64,000 bases of DNA from Lingula anatina (Eukaryota > Animalia > Brachiopoda). The notes beneath the pieces were generated by a model. It worked only from the letters and a program-made list of their open reading frames with translations. It was not told the DNA's origin and did no database searches. Below are positions 1 to 13,698 of this stretch, piece after piece; the first letter of the stretch is position 1, and each line of letters begins with the position of its first letter. The stretch is from assembly GCA_051362555.1 (NCBI GenBank), contig CM120644.1, forward strand, positions 23,768,534 through 23,832,533. The letters are read 5' to 3'. Position numbers and translations under genes: made by a program.

Positions 1-466
1 TCTGCTCTACAAACGGGGACGTGAAAAGAGACGCGTCGTGCGGAACCAACAGACAGGCTCAGTAATGCTGACAATTCTGGGAACAATTAATACTTCAGAT
101 ACCAGAAAAGGGTGCAAAGATTTGCTTAGCGAGCACATGATTTATCGGCAGCCCTGAGAGAGAGTGGAAAGTCTCAGTTATCTACTCAGCTCATGCTGAC
201 AAGGTAGATACGGACGCTCTTTCAAACCGCGCATGAGTAACTCTGTAGGTGGATGTTTTAAAGCGGCGACTGTCTCCTACCAGCTGTGATATCAGGCGTC
301 GATGCTAAAGCAACCAGAGTCAATATTATTCAGAATTAGCAAAAGCATCTAGCCGATTGTTAAAACGTTGATTGTCTTTGCTTTAAAACTGACGTCACAG
401 TGTAAAAGAAGTCCACAGAAAGTGCTACCTTTGCAAAATCCATGAAGAACTTACACAAAGAAGACC

Positions 467-3400
467 ATGAAGTTAATGACTAAACTCGGACACCTCTTCG
501 TGTTGTTTACAATTATAGGACAATCCAACCAAGAAAAGCGGTGCAACAAATGTGTCACCTTCACAAAACAACCCAAGAAAATATGTCCACGAAATCAGGG
601 TACTTATGATCACGAGCCTTCTGTGCACTTTGCCGACATTGAGGCAGGTTGCATATTATGCTGCGTTAAAGAGTGCATTAATTTCCCCGACTGCGTCTCT
701 GTAGCCTTTGACGAGACAACAGGCAAGTGTGAGATGTCGTCTCAGATGCTCGATAAAAACTCAGCAACGATGGGAGAAACCTGCGTCTACTACACATCGG
801 TAAGAACATATTTCTCTTTTCTATTATTTTCATTACACTGTGTTTTAAAAAAAGAGTGAGAGAGGGAGATAATTTTTATCTACAAATCGTTTAAAAAACA
901 CGTCTTAGTTACAAAGAAGGGATAGCGATACCACAAACGAAATGATATAGACAGAAAAAAAGAGTTGTTAATTAAATATTGTTTGGGTTGGCATGCTGGA
1001 TAGTTCAGTGGTCCATTTAATTCCAGCATCTAACTTTTTTTATTGCAAAGATGGTTTTAGCTGGGATCTAGGCTGGGATCATCAAACTTTATTTCAAATA
1101 CAAATAAATAGTCAAATAATAGGCGTCCCATACATGGGAGGACGGGCAGACATGTACATGTAGGTAAAAAGAAACGTTTTCCGTATAAAGCAAGTCTTTC
1201 CAATTTACATTTTAAAAGAAAATGAAATGTTATAAATTGATTTTTTTCTTTTCCCCATGGACAGGAAATCAAGTTATTTAAGTGATAACTATTATAATTT
1301 CCTAAAATATTTATGGAAGTATAAGAATGAAGAAAATGCTTAGAATGCCTTTTTTTACTGAATAAAAGTGATATGAAAGAGCAAGGGAGGTTAATTAAAA
1401 AACACAAACTCAAATAAAAATTGAAAGTTTATTGGTCTCTATCTGATTACAGTTTATCACATGTATAAAACTTAAAAAGAACACAGAGACACTCTATGTC
1501 TATAAGCATAGTCTATAAGCAATATCATTCTGGTATATACTCCTTGAACTACTGAACACTGTGCTCCAGAATTATTTTTTCTTTTGACTAAAGTTATGAA
1601 GGACGTAAGATATGGCGGTATCGGCCACATGTCAAATTTCCGTTGTAGTCATCTCAGTGAAGTAAATCAGGTTGATTCATTACACAGACAATCATGCAGA
1701 CATGACATTAAGTATGGAATATTTTTTTCCAAATCATTTTTTATCAGGTTTTTCTTTTTTGCTGACTGATAAATGGAAAAATAAGGGTTAAAATCGTGGT
1801 TTAATAGCGGTTAATCATCTCTTTGATGTCATTGTGACATCAGTTCATTGATTGAATTCGCCAGCGATGCACACACAAAATACATTGCCTATTCCATGCC
1901 ATACGACAACCATTTAAAACTATTTGGATAACCATATTTTCCTAATTATCTGCTGTAAAAGAGTTACACGCCTCACAAAGGAGTCTCATGTCAGTGTCTA
2001 TAGTCACAGCAACGGTTGCTGTTACGCCGGACCTCTTCTGGCTGCTACCTAAAATTGTTCCTAAGGTGCCCCCTATCAAATGATAGTCAAGTGGTTACAA
2101 TATTATTTATTTGTTTGATCTGGTTCAGGTTTTCGTCGACGACTACAATTGATGTTTTGTCACATGTGGTATTCACTCCAAATACTGACGCTGTCAATGA
2201 CCCTTGTTACTTTAGACACGGCACACGCTTCGTCGTAGGCCTCTTCTTGATGTCTGTTAACTCTGTTTTGACTAGTTGGACGGTACAGGTGAAATCTAAC
2301 CCAGGTAAAGAAACCCACGCGGTTTCCGTTTTCTACCCAGAAACGGTCATGATCCCCATTTCATTAGGAAAACATACGACGATGTTTTGCTGTTTACAGT
2401 GGGTTCCTTGGAGGTCGTGCGGTATTTTAATCCGCTAACAGGGCCGTAGCCTGAGCAAAATGCAAGGGGGGGGGGAGTCAGCGGACCCGAGGGGGCGAAG
2501 CCCCCAAGGGGGGGGGGGGGGTGTCCCCCTACCAGTGTGGAAAATTCTAAATCCCTGCCCCCCCCCCCCCCATATTCCGTAGCCACGTGTTCTTTAACGA
2601 GCACACCCTAATGCTAAATGTGTGTGAATTTGGTGTCATTTGATGGCTTCTTTTCAATTTTATAGACATTTCTTTACATCTGTAGAAGTCACAGTGAAAC
2701 AGTCGATTTGAGGGGGTACCTCTTATAAATTTTACTAAATGGTATAAAATATGTATATTTTCACCACTTTTTTGTAATTTTTTTATCCATTAATCATGTT
2801 AGACACGGTATCCGTAATAAAAAGCACTATTTCTAACAATTTACAGCTGTAAGGTGATCATTTTTAAATAAAAGTACAGGGAAATGGGGGTGGGACAACC
2901 TTTTTGACCAATGTTGTAGATAATTTAAATGACACACTAATAAATGGCATCTTTTAATTTAATATTTCTTAAGTAAATGTTTCTAAATCAATCTTCATGC
3001 CTTTTCTTTAAACATCAAACACCTTTAAAAGTATCATCCTCAGATATACTGTATTTCACAAAATATAGATAATAAAATACAACTATATCTCATTTACCAC
3101 ACGTCCAAGAATTGAGCAATATTTTGCGGTATTTTGCCAAGAGTGGGATCAAAATAATGTTGATTAGCCCAGATTTTATCAGGGGAAAGAGCTTCTTAAA
3201 GTTTAGGCTCGACGGTCCCGGTAAAATGAGCTTCTTTTTGCATTTAAGGACCGCGCTGAGTCAAACTATATAGCAGTCGCACGTCCGACTACTACGCCAT
3301 CAACTGCCACCACGGCGCCAACAACAACCACAACGCCTACTACAACCACTACGATAGCTAAAACAACTGACGTGATGCCCATCACAACTGACGAGATGCC

Positions 3401-5880
3401 CATCACAACTGACGAAATGCCCATCACAACTGACGTGATTCACAGCACAAGTGACGAGATGCCCATCACAACTGACGTGATGCCCATCACAACTGACGAG
3501 ATGCCCATCACAACTGACGAGATGCCCATCACAACTGACGTGATGCAGAGCACAACTGACGTGATGCAGAGCACAACTGATGAGATGCCCAGCACAACCA
3601 TGAAGCTCTCGCGTAAGTTACATAAACGTCTTTCTCAAATAATGTTTTAAACCCCACATTATGTAAATCATCTTAAATTTCATGGTAAACGCTTTCCATC
3701 TCTGAGTCTTTTCTTCTTCTTCTTCTTTTTCTTCTTCTTCTTATATTCTGTTGTTGTTGTTGTCGTTGTTGTTGTTGTTTGCTGCATGTCACACACAGCT
3801 TCTACTGGTAATTACACTGGTATCTGACAAGTCACTACCACTGAACTTAGATGGACAGCACCTTCCGCAAAATGGCCGCCGATCCAAGTAAAGTCATTTG
3901 TTTAATGTTATCTGTAGAAGTTAAAAGTAAATAAAAACTTGCGCTGGTTCAATTTTTTTTTATTTTATTTTACAGTTTTACATTACATTCAAACCACGTG
4001 TGACCAACAAACATGTCACAACTTCACACCGCATGGAGTCCACACTCCCCCCAACATGGAAAAACTACTCACTTCACTCCTTTTTTTATTATTTAACCTA
4101 TAGGCAGCGTCAATTTCACCAATCATATGCTCTTGTGTTCTGTATACCATCCAATTATCCATTTCTTTCTCTTTTAGTCTAAAATGACCAGGAATATTAC
4201 ATTTGTCTCATTATTCCTGTTGTCAGCAACAACCATGTCATTTCGTCTGATTTTTATCACTCAGTCAAAAAATATGTCAACTTCCAACAGTGTCTCCTCA
4301 GCAACATTTTCCACAATCTGGCTCAACCCTGTAATGTACCACCTCTTGTAATACTTGAAATCATAGAATAAGCATACACGATGTAATTCCCAGAGGGCAA
4401 AGTGAACAATTTTGTCATGTCTTTTCTTACACCCACTTTGTGTTAGTTTTTAAAGCCTCGGTCACAAACGGGCGCACGAATTTCAGGATCGTACGTCCTC
4501 CGCGATTTTTGGGTGTTGCGGAGGCCGTGGAGTTCGTAGAGGTAGAGAAAAGTCTGCCTTGCGAGTCGCAAAGGCCACATGAGATATCCTTTCAAGCAGG
4601 GACGCTAATTGCAAGGAGCGATGACCGTGGAAATTGTACTCAACACACAAAGGGCACTTAGTCCTTCATTGCTTGCGACGTGCTTCTTCCACAACGCGGA
4701 ACTTCGTGCGAGGGGAGCAAGTTACGCTTGTGGCCTCGCTGTTAGCAGGCTATTCGTAGAATCTTTTGGACATGTCCAACATCCTCAGTTCGTGCTTACG
4801 GGCTGTCTGCGAACTCGAAATTACGTAAGAGGTACTTGCGTGGGACGTGAGATTCTGCTCAAAATTTGGACGCAAACAGCCCGTAAGAGCCCGTTAGGCC
4901 GGTTGTGACCGAGGCTTTATCATTCGCCAAGTAAATTCATTAATTTTTTAACCTGCCTCTATATCTCTACACCTTGTGTACCTTTATGCCGCATTTGCAT
5001 ACACGACCTTGACCTCGACGTTCCTTTTAGGAAATGTCTGTTTTTAAGCTGTCACGAGCAAGCCTTCTGTTTTTTTATCCACCTTTCTCCAACCAGCGTC
5101 AGGAACTGGCCTCGGTTTCAGTTGCCTTGACAGGATTTTGTCGACGGAGACGTGTCATTGTTCATTTCTCTTTTCTTTCTTTCTTCATGTTCTGCTAATC
5201 TATTTGTTTACATTTGGAACTTTAATTAATTCATGTAATAATTTAATATAATTAATTAATTAATTAATTAATTAATTAATTAATTAATTAATTAATTAAT
5301 TAATTAAGACAGCCTTGTGAAACCTGGCCAATATTTATGCAGAACTAGGAAAACGTTGCTAGTCTAATCTAGAACAATCAATTTCTATTGGATAAAAACC
5401 AACTTTGATATATACGCCAATTGCAATTTGGTATTTTTAACAAGTGTGAGGGTTTTTATAAAGATTTCTTTCAACACTGATTCATTCACTTTATGTAGAT
5501 GTAAACGGTCGTCTTTCTGTTTTTTTTTTTTATTTACAGATTTATAAATATCTATATAGTGTTTTATTATTGTCTTTAAATTATGGAGCCATTTCAAATA
5601 ATATAAGAAACAATAATTCAAATCAATTGCCCAATACATTACAAAGTAATTATATTCGTCTTTTTGCGTGTCTAAAGGTTTCAATCAATTAATGCTTTAA
5701 TGCTCATTTTGTAGCATGTTCTTCGTACGCGGTGTTGGACCAGTGGTGGAGAAACGTGAACTTCCCTTCAGCTGTAGATTATCCGGCCCACTGTGAAAGG
5801 GACGGGTGGGTTACTCAGTGGTATCGGTTCTCGGGGGCAGCTGGGACCAAAATGCCAAACAGGGTAAGAATATCAGCAGG

Positions 5881-5920
<40 letters not shown>

Positions 5921-6583
5921 TGGGGGGGGGGGGGGTGTAACAATAAAATTGCTCATAAGAAGGAAATATGCGGACTACATGTATTATTCAATAGATTTCA
6001 GTAATATTTAGTTCATTACCGGATGCATGATAATGCATTGCCAGGCTTAAAATACAACCGGCAAACTTTAATTCCTAAACGCATATGAGGTTTGGCTGTC
6101 AACACTATTGTTTATTAAGAGACGCATTAGAGTAATTCCAGACCACCCCCTCTGTTGTCTATCCACAGCCCAGGGCCCACAATGGGATTTTCCGCTGTTT
6201 TGATTGGTTGATATTTCACATCTTCACAAAATTCAATTTGGCAATTTGATGACAAAAATAACTATATGTACCTGCAAAATTCTGAAATAGACAATTAAAA
6301 GAATTACTCATCAACCAAGTCGATCTTCGTTCATTATCCTCTCTGCTTTATCTTTATGTAGTGCTTGCGTGCATTTCAATGTGGAACCCACGCCCCAGTG
6401 TGGATAAACGGCACTGACCCCTCACCAGAAGATGGCGCTGTCGACCGTCAAGCATGCGCAAGCTGGTCTGGTGATTGCTGCGAGTGGTCTATGAAGGTTC
6501 GAGTGCGCAACTGCGGGGGATTTTTCCTGTATTATCTACCACCAACTTATACATGTTTTCTTGCCTACTGTGGCGAATATTGA
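467..6583 (+). CDS. Gene A: secreted PAN/Apple-like + Thr-rich mucin stalk + UMOD/GP2/OIT3-like D8C domain protein, ~355 aa; join(467..799,3249..3612,5715..5863,6362..6583)
   Basis: Canonical GT-AG junctions with compatible phases 0/1/0 (TCG|gtaaga, tttaag|GAC, C|gtaagt, ttgtag|CA, AGG|gtaaga, atgtag|TGC); 1068 nt open after splicing. Hydrophobic N-terminus; PAN-like CVKEC..PDCVSVAFD..GKCEMS; D8C motifs WYRFSG, CGTHAPVWINGT, ACASWSGDCC.W, NCGGFFLYYL...C..AYC. Same exon structure recurs in gene B. Confidence 0.88.
1700..2420 (+). repeat. Interspersed repeat in gene A intron 1; second, interrupted copy at ~58430..60640
   Basis: 1755 ttttgctgactgat..aaaatcgtgg resembles 58503; 2045 cctaaaattgttcctaaggtg..ccctatcaaat resembles 60202. 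Confidence 0.7.
3363..3593 (+). repeat. Coding 21-nt tandem repeat, 11 units encoding TTD(E/V)MPI
   Basis: ACAACTGACG(A/T)GATGCCCATC units within exon 2 of gene A. Confidence 0.95.
4453..4917. mobile_element. Non-autonomous DNA transposon (MITE) with TA target duplication
   Basis: TIR AAGCCTCGGTCACAA / TTGTGACCGAGGCTT flanked by TA. Paralogous intron at ~31790 (gttttta|acattcgcc) lacks it. Confidence 0.85.
5249..5307. repeat. (TAAT)n microsatellite
   Basis: Direct reading. Confidence 0.95.
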
Positions 6584-6677
6584 TATAAGACATATGCAGA
6601 CATATGAGGACATTTCCATGTAAAACTGGCTCAAGACATTCCTATTAAATTTACTGGGTCTGCTTATCTTTATACAG

Positions 6678-6737
6678 TGACTGCCTACTCGTCACTGTGG
6701 AACCCACGCCCCTGTTTGGATAGACGGCAGCACAGGA
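6678..6737 (+). pseudogene. Truncated pseudo-exon: decayed extra copy of the D8C terminal exon
   Basis: Acceptor tgcttatctttatacag resembles the exon-4 acceptor; reads *LPTRHCGTHAPVWIDGS, with TGA in place of the first Cys codon. Confidence 0.75.
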
Positions 6738-7020
6738 TTTAAACTACTCTGCATGCCCGATAAGTACGCTGTTTGAAATAAACAATGGTGAAATTGACAA
6801 AGCTTCATGGGTGTTTACCGTCTGGTTGATTTTATTCAATTTGCTTTCTGGTGTTGTTTTGAAAAATTATATTGGAAATGTTCTGTTGATTATATGTATT
6901 TAAAGGTAAATTCATCGGGCTTTCCTTTGAGTAACATGTGTATTTTGCCTTTATCAGGGGCGGATTTATATACTCAAGAAAAAAATAAACGCAACACTCA
7001 GTTTTGGGAGTTTTTTGGCA

Positions 7021-7022
<2 letters not shown>

Positions 7023-7093
<71 letters not shown>
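7023..7093. repeat. (AT)n microsatellite
   Basis: Direct reading. Confidence 0.95.
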
Positions 7094-7097
<4 letters not shown>

Positions 7098-7954
7098 TTG
7101 AAAATTTTAACTTAAATGCCATACATTTATACCCTACATATATTTAGCCATCAAACATGTCCTACTGCTAAACACACACACATGACCAAAATACAACGTT
7201 TAGTCAACGTCACATTATGACAGTGTTTGGACGTGGCTGGATCAACGTTGATTTACGTTGAATTTAGGTAGATCAACGGCAATTCAACGTATCAACCTGT
7301 TTTCAACGTTGATCCAACGCGACTATGCCTGCTGGGACGGTACTGCAAAAAAATGACATTTTTTTTACCAAAATATGTGTCTTTGTTTCCATTTGATAAT
7401 GTGCCTCACTGTTGAAATGTTTTTCTTTGTAATAAACATGCTCACGCTTTCTGTTTATAACAGTTTATGAAAAAAAGTCAAATTGTCGAAAAGACTCCAC
7501 TTCATTTCCACCACAATGTCGTCCTTCAGACACAGTGCTTCTCAGCCGCCTGCGCCGTTGCAGTAACGGTATGGGTAAAGTGGACTTAGCAGAGGAATAA
7601 CACCCTACATACTGTATATCTTTGACGTGAAAGCAACTTCTGTAATTGGGTCTCATATCTTCAACCCATCGTGTACCATCGTAAGATACCATTTCTGCCA
7701 TCGAATGTTCATGTTTTCCAATGCTCAGTAAAAATGCTTATTAAAAATGGAGCCAGCGACTGATTACATTGCGATGTGTTTTATCACAGATAAGGCGTAC
7801 GAGTAACAATAATGACACACTCAGAGTAAATAAAATAGCACCACAATTATTTGTACATTAACTATCAAAGTTATGCATATCAACCTTTACAATTCCCGTC
7901 CAGACATTTAATTAGTTCACATTTTAACATTTTAACGTAAACCAAATTGTGAAG

Positions 7955-10900
7955 CCGTGTATACAATTATTAGAGTAGTTTTAACCACCTGTCAGTAGTT
8001 AGTTAGTTAATTTTATTCCCATATAAGCAAAACGAATTACATTGCGCGGGCAAAGCTTTTGTTGTATACGGGTTTGACCTTTCTTTCGTTTTTCTTTAAT
8101 ATTTAGTTAAACACATTCTTATACATCTGCATACGTCATTAACAGGGCCATTGAAAACCCTTTCTAAGTTTGTAAAGTCTATTGTAGGGAATTTGTTGCG
8201 GCAATCAGCCGTATAAATACAATCACATATTGCGTGTTTCTCCGTTTGTATGTTGCCGCACTCACAGAGTCTTTGTTCGCGTGGCTTTTTCGCCCATCTG
8301 CCTGTCTCGATAGCCAGACTGTGTGCAGATAATCTTAATCTAGAGGCTGGGATTCTGTCCTCCTCCCGAACCGCCCCTTCGTACATGGCGTGTACGCTCA
8401 CACTGGGGTTTATCTCGGTATAAAACACACTTTTACTACTTCGGGAGTTCTTAATAGCTAACTGTCTCTTAGTGATGTCAGAGATACAAATGTCATCAAC
8501 CTCGTTTAGCACGTTGGTCAAGTAATTGGCGCCCTTCGTCCGGGCATTTTTACAGAGTGTCCACACAGTCATCAGGGGGTCGTCTGGTAGATCTGATCTT
8601 TCAGAAAGTACTTTGGACATAAATGTTTTCTGCGTTTTCTTAACTCTGGCTGACAACGAAGGAACACCGAGTTCTGCTAATACGAGGTCGTTAGGCGTCG
8701 ATGTCCTAACTCCCAGTAGGATTTTTAATGCTGCCAGGTATATAACATTGGCTGGCATAGCGCCGCCGCACAGCCATGCCTCGCAGCCGTACAAAATGGA
8801 GCTCATAAGAGCGGCGTCAAGCACTTTACGTTTTATCCAAAAAGGGAAGTCCTGGTTTTTTTTGTATAAATGCGGCAAATTTGAATAAATGTGATTGTTT
8901 GTGTAATACCTGTTCTTTTACGGAGGTGGAGACTCTGCCGTCCTGGCTAAACACGGCGCCTAAGTATGTATATAATTCGCAATTTTCCACATTGTAGCCT
9001 GGCACATAAATTGTCTCCCGGTCGCTAGCGTCACCGTTGATAACCATAAACTGTGTCTTTGTTTCATTAATTACCATCCCAGACTGCAAACAAAAGTTTT
9101 TTAAGATGTTAAATTTGTGCGTGATCCCTTCTCTGGTTGTGGAAAGTAAAATAGTATCGTCCATAAGTAGTAGGGCGTGCAGTCGGCCGAGGTAGCCGTC
9201 CGGCTGACAGTGATCACGCAGGTCGCGCACTAATTGGTCGATGTACATAGTGAATAGAAAACAGCTCGACGGTGATCCTTGGAGTACTCCTATTTTAGTT
9301 GAAATCATCGCGGTCCCGAGTGCTAGTTTTGTATTCGAGTACATAGCTGCGATGGCGGCGGTCATCGCGTGACCGCACCCCCGGCTGCACAAGGCTTTAA
9401 TGAGGGAGTCCCTTGGAAGTTTGTCATAAGCTTTAGTAAAGTCCACGTAGATAATGTACAGTTTTTGACGTTTGCACATTGCGTAATCGATCAATAAACG
9501 GAGAGTGAGAATATGTTCGGAGCAGCTTCTGCCTTTTTGGGCCCCTGCTTGTTCTCTGTGAGGTTTAAACCATTTTTCGAGCCGTTTACACAATACAAGG
9601 TCGTACAACTTGGCAAACGTGTCCATAATCGAGATCCCCCTATAATTTCCGCAGACGTCCCGTGCGCCTTTCTTGAATAAAACTACTAGTCTCGACACAG
9701 TCCATGTAGTTGGCACAACTGTGTTAACAAATATTAGGTTAAATATAATGGTGATAAAAATTAACCACTTGGCGGAGAATGCTTTCAGTACCCCGTGGGG
9801 ATTCCTGATGGACCACCGCTCTTGTCACTTTTTACGCACCTTATAGCATCCACTATCTCCCCTGGATTTATAGGATCGTCGGTGATTGGGACGTAGGGGC
9901 ACGCGATCTCGTTGGGAGCCGGTTCCGCTCCGGCTGGGGCTAGTAGATTCTCGAAGTGCACTTTAAAATCTGATTCGCTGGGGGTTATGTTCTCAGGTTC
10001 GCTCCGCGACTTAACGGTTCCGTTCCAATTTATTCTCTGCCACAAGGCTCTTGAGTCATGAATCATTGCGATGTTCTTCCATGGACTAGAAGTTCTGTCT
10101 GTCGCATTATTGGTTTGACAGGTCGATGCTGCGGTTAATGCCTCGCGCATCTTTAGATCTAATTCGTTACAGATTTTGTTCACATCGAAATTTTCTGTAT
10201 CAATATCAGGTGGGTCGGTCCGTTCGATTGATTCATAGAATGTTTTGTGGTCTACACTCGACCATGTGAAGTGCTTGTGAACTTTCGCGTTTCTGGCGGC
10301 TTCACCGCTTGTGGTGTGATCACATAACAACTGAGCGCGTTCTAGCGTAGCGTTTAAAAGCGTTCCCCTTCTCGATGACCATCCGCGCGTGTCAAATTTG
10401 ATGAAAATTGGTGCGTGGTTGGATGGTAAGGTGAGGTTACGCATGATATCCAACTCTAAAACACAATGTATTAGGTCGGGTGATATGAAGCAATGGTCTA
10501 ACTCAGATATCCATCTATCTCTCATTCTAAAAGTAAGATCGCACGGATAGTTTTTTCTGTTGCACTGTAGGCCGTTCACCAGCACTAACGGTTTCAATGC
10601 TCCCGCGATAAGTACTGCGTTTTCGTTTGGAGTTTTCACCTTATCGTTTGGCATCCTATATGAGTAGCCCCTGCCTAGAGAATTTGAAAACGATTTTCGC
10701 AGATGTGAGAAACGAGAGTTTGTGTCTCCCAGTAATACAAGGGACTTGTTGTTTTGGACTACGTCGTTGTTCACGAGACTGCTTAGCTCAGAGATTGTGT
10801 CTACATTAAAATAAGGTGGCCCTTTGGGGGATATGTAACATGACACAAAGATAACGTCAGGATAAGGCTTTAAACTGAAAGTTATCATGTCTGTTTTAGA

Positions 10901-11210
10901 ACAGTTCATTTGCGCAATCTGAGAGTCAAGGCTATTCCGCAAAAGCACTGCGCAACCTCCTCGGTGACGATTTTCCCCGCCACTAAGATACGTTTTATAG
11001 CCGGGGATATAAAACATCATGCCTGTTTTTGTTTCATTCAATAAAATTATATCCGCTTGGTTTAATAATGTTTTTACATCAGTGTTTTCTAATTTGTTTT
11101 TTACGGAATTTATATTCCAATGCGCTACCCTAAGTATATAACAATCACTTTGCCCTTTTATTAAAAATTTCCCAAGTCCAACCACAGTAACCAACCACAG
11201 TAAACATGTA
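7955..11210 (-). mobile_element. 5'-truncated non-LTR retrotransposon (APE endonuclease + RT + C-terminal Cys/His region)
   Basis: ORF pieces 9785-11248 (HWNINS, LLNETK, LGDTN, ELDH, SNHAPI), 8826-9716 (NYRGISI, YVDFTKAYD, GVLQGSPSS, LMDD, YLG) and 8096-8878 (IETGRW..REQRLCECG..EKHAICDC). AATAAA (8012-8017 minus) then (TAAC)n. Empty site in paralog at ~34003. Confidence 0.9.
8096..11135 (-). pseudogene. LINE ORF2 (EN-RT) broken by two frameshifts (~9795, ~8860)
   Basis: Three ORF pieces are colinear with non-LTR ORF2 domain order. Confidence 0.85.
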
Positions 11211-13698
11211 TCATACTGTCTCTGAAACAGTTGCAATCCTCTGCCCAACTTTCATATGAAACAGTGCCATGAATGACGAGGTGTGTATATTAGCTTTAAC
11301 ATGTATCATTCTCTTTATAATTAAAGGTTCCAAAGTTTGGCGTTGTAAATATGGCATTGCTCCTCGAAAGCTGCTCCAAGTACACGAATGTGTTAGCGGT
11401 GATTTAAACTAATTTATTAAAAAACGCAATTCTAGCCTAGGTGTGCGAAAAATATATAACATACAGAACAATTTCATGGGTGCGAGCATTCTCAATAATT
11501 AAATACAATTGAATTAGAATAGTCTGTTTTAAAAGTCTTTTAATTTTGAGAACCAAGCGATTTTTTAACAATAATTACCCACCCGGATAAATTTGCTTAT
11601 TCAAACTGCCGCATACTTTGAAAGAACATCGCGGTATCGGAGGCAAAATCAACGCAGAGTTGGCGTGGCGGTGCGAATTAACGCTGAACCTGTTCACCCT
11701 TTCTTCCAGGTACGAGAGAATCTTATGGCTGGTTTCCCCACTTGCAACAGGTCATAAGCGATCGTCATGAAAAAACTCCCTTCCTTCATTAGTCTCCCAC
11801 TGAGGTGTAACATGCACCACGTGAGAATATTCTATAAACAAGAGCTCTTGTAAACTTCACACTGTGTAAAACATCATTATCTACAATTTGTGAAATATGA
11901 AATCTTTTTTCCAAACGGATCTATGTTGACATTTTATTCGGTGTGATTTTGTTTGACTTATCAGTCGTCCATGGGTAGTTATTCTATGCAAGGTTGTAGC
12001 CGGCAAACCCGTTTAAATACAGAAAACTTGCAGTATATCTAGAGACTCCCTGAATTGCCTACCCACAGCCCAGGCCCTTAAATAAGATTTTTCATTGTGT
12101 TTATTGGTTATTGTTTCAAGCACCTACAAAATAATAATAAAAAACAATTACCTGATCTTGTTGAAACTGAGCAAGTTGGAGGAAGCCGTGACTTCGTAAT
12201 AGCTCACAAAATTCGATAAGATAACATCAAATAATTAAGAAATAAAAGAACATACTTTTCCAAAAAGAAGAGCAATTCCCTTACAAATATTTACTAGACT
12301 ATAAAAAAATATATAAAATTTTTTAAAAAGTTGCCCATATCACAAAACATTTGAGTTTTATACATAAAGACACTTGACATGATCCTAATGAAATCCATAT
12401 GGTTCGTTCTAGACCAATAGTCCATCTGAAGATTCCGTCCAGTTTTGTGGTAATTAGTTGTGGGTACTGAATAAACTAAAAACATATAATGTATAATATA
12501 ATAAATTTTATAATTTAGCTTAAAGGGTCACCCAATGATGTTTTTCAACCCAAATGGATTGTCCTGAGGTAAAGACCAATATTTCTCCAACTTCTTAATT
12601 ATATAACTCGAGCTCTGCCTTCAATTGTATTTGATGTTTTATTCCATTTTAAATTTGATACTCTAGTTTAAAATGATTGACTGGTCTAAGTAACGACATC
12701 TGTCGCCCCGTGCATTGCCTCGTTTTTGCAAAACAAAATGGCTGGGTGTTATGCAACTTGGCCCTCTAATACAGACGCGTAAGCTGGCGATGGCTACCCG
12801 ATAAGGCTGAGTAGATATTAACGACGCTAGATACGCTTCAGATAAACATTTATCTAAATAGGTTTTATAGCGTTATGAGTCTGAATACTTAAATTTATGT
12901 CTCCTCCATCCCAGTGTACCACAAACTTGCATAGTCCCATTCGTAACAAAAGAGAAGGCAACAAAGTCTATCGGTTGTTCGTGATTTGGCCAAACAAGGC
13001 CGCTTTTATTATATAAACTCACTATCCTAATAATTTTAACAATAATAACAACGTAGCAAATTGTTGCCTGCATTAAATGTTATGGCCTTAGGGATAAAAA
13101 TTAAATATGAAATATTAAATAAGACTCATCATCCTAATAATTATGATGTGACGAGTCAGCAAAAATTATTATTTTCAAATAATTTTGCACAAATTTCGTT
13201 TGTGGGGTTGCAAAGAGGCCCCCACTATGCGACGGTTATCGTAAGCTGTGATCCACGATAAGCAATTATTTGACAACAGTAGTGCATCTAATTTAGCTTG
13301 TCTGATGGCAAAGGCAAGGTCAATGCATTGCAGGACTCACAATACAATTCTACATAAATACCGGCATGACAATGCTGTTAGCGGGTGACCTAACCCCTAC
13401 TCCCTTTTTAAGGAAGGGGGGAGGTTCAGTTTTTCCCATATGCTGAAAACAGCTGGAAGAGTGAATTCACTCTCTATAATTGCCATGCTATCCTAGCTTG
13501 CGCCGTACTTGTTGATTAGTATAAAAGTTAACAGTTTCAAGTGATATTATGCAGAAGAGCAATTTCTTTCTAGTTTATAGTTTTCAACAGCAGAATAAAA
13601 CATAAACAAAGAATATAATCTCGGGGATAACGTAGATAGGTATGTTCTTAAACGAATGTTCCCATTACAATCCTGACTTCAACCAATGTTCAGATGGA

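Noticed and set aside
3363-3593. Regular short repeats resembling a CRISPR array
   Set aside because: Contiguous in-frame coding repeats without unique spacers; eukaryotic context; no cas genes.
11136-11248. N-terminal extension of the LINE ORF 9785..11248
   Set aside because: The called start lies in flanking DNA shared with the paralogous empty site; the element is 5'-truncated.
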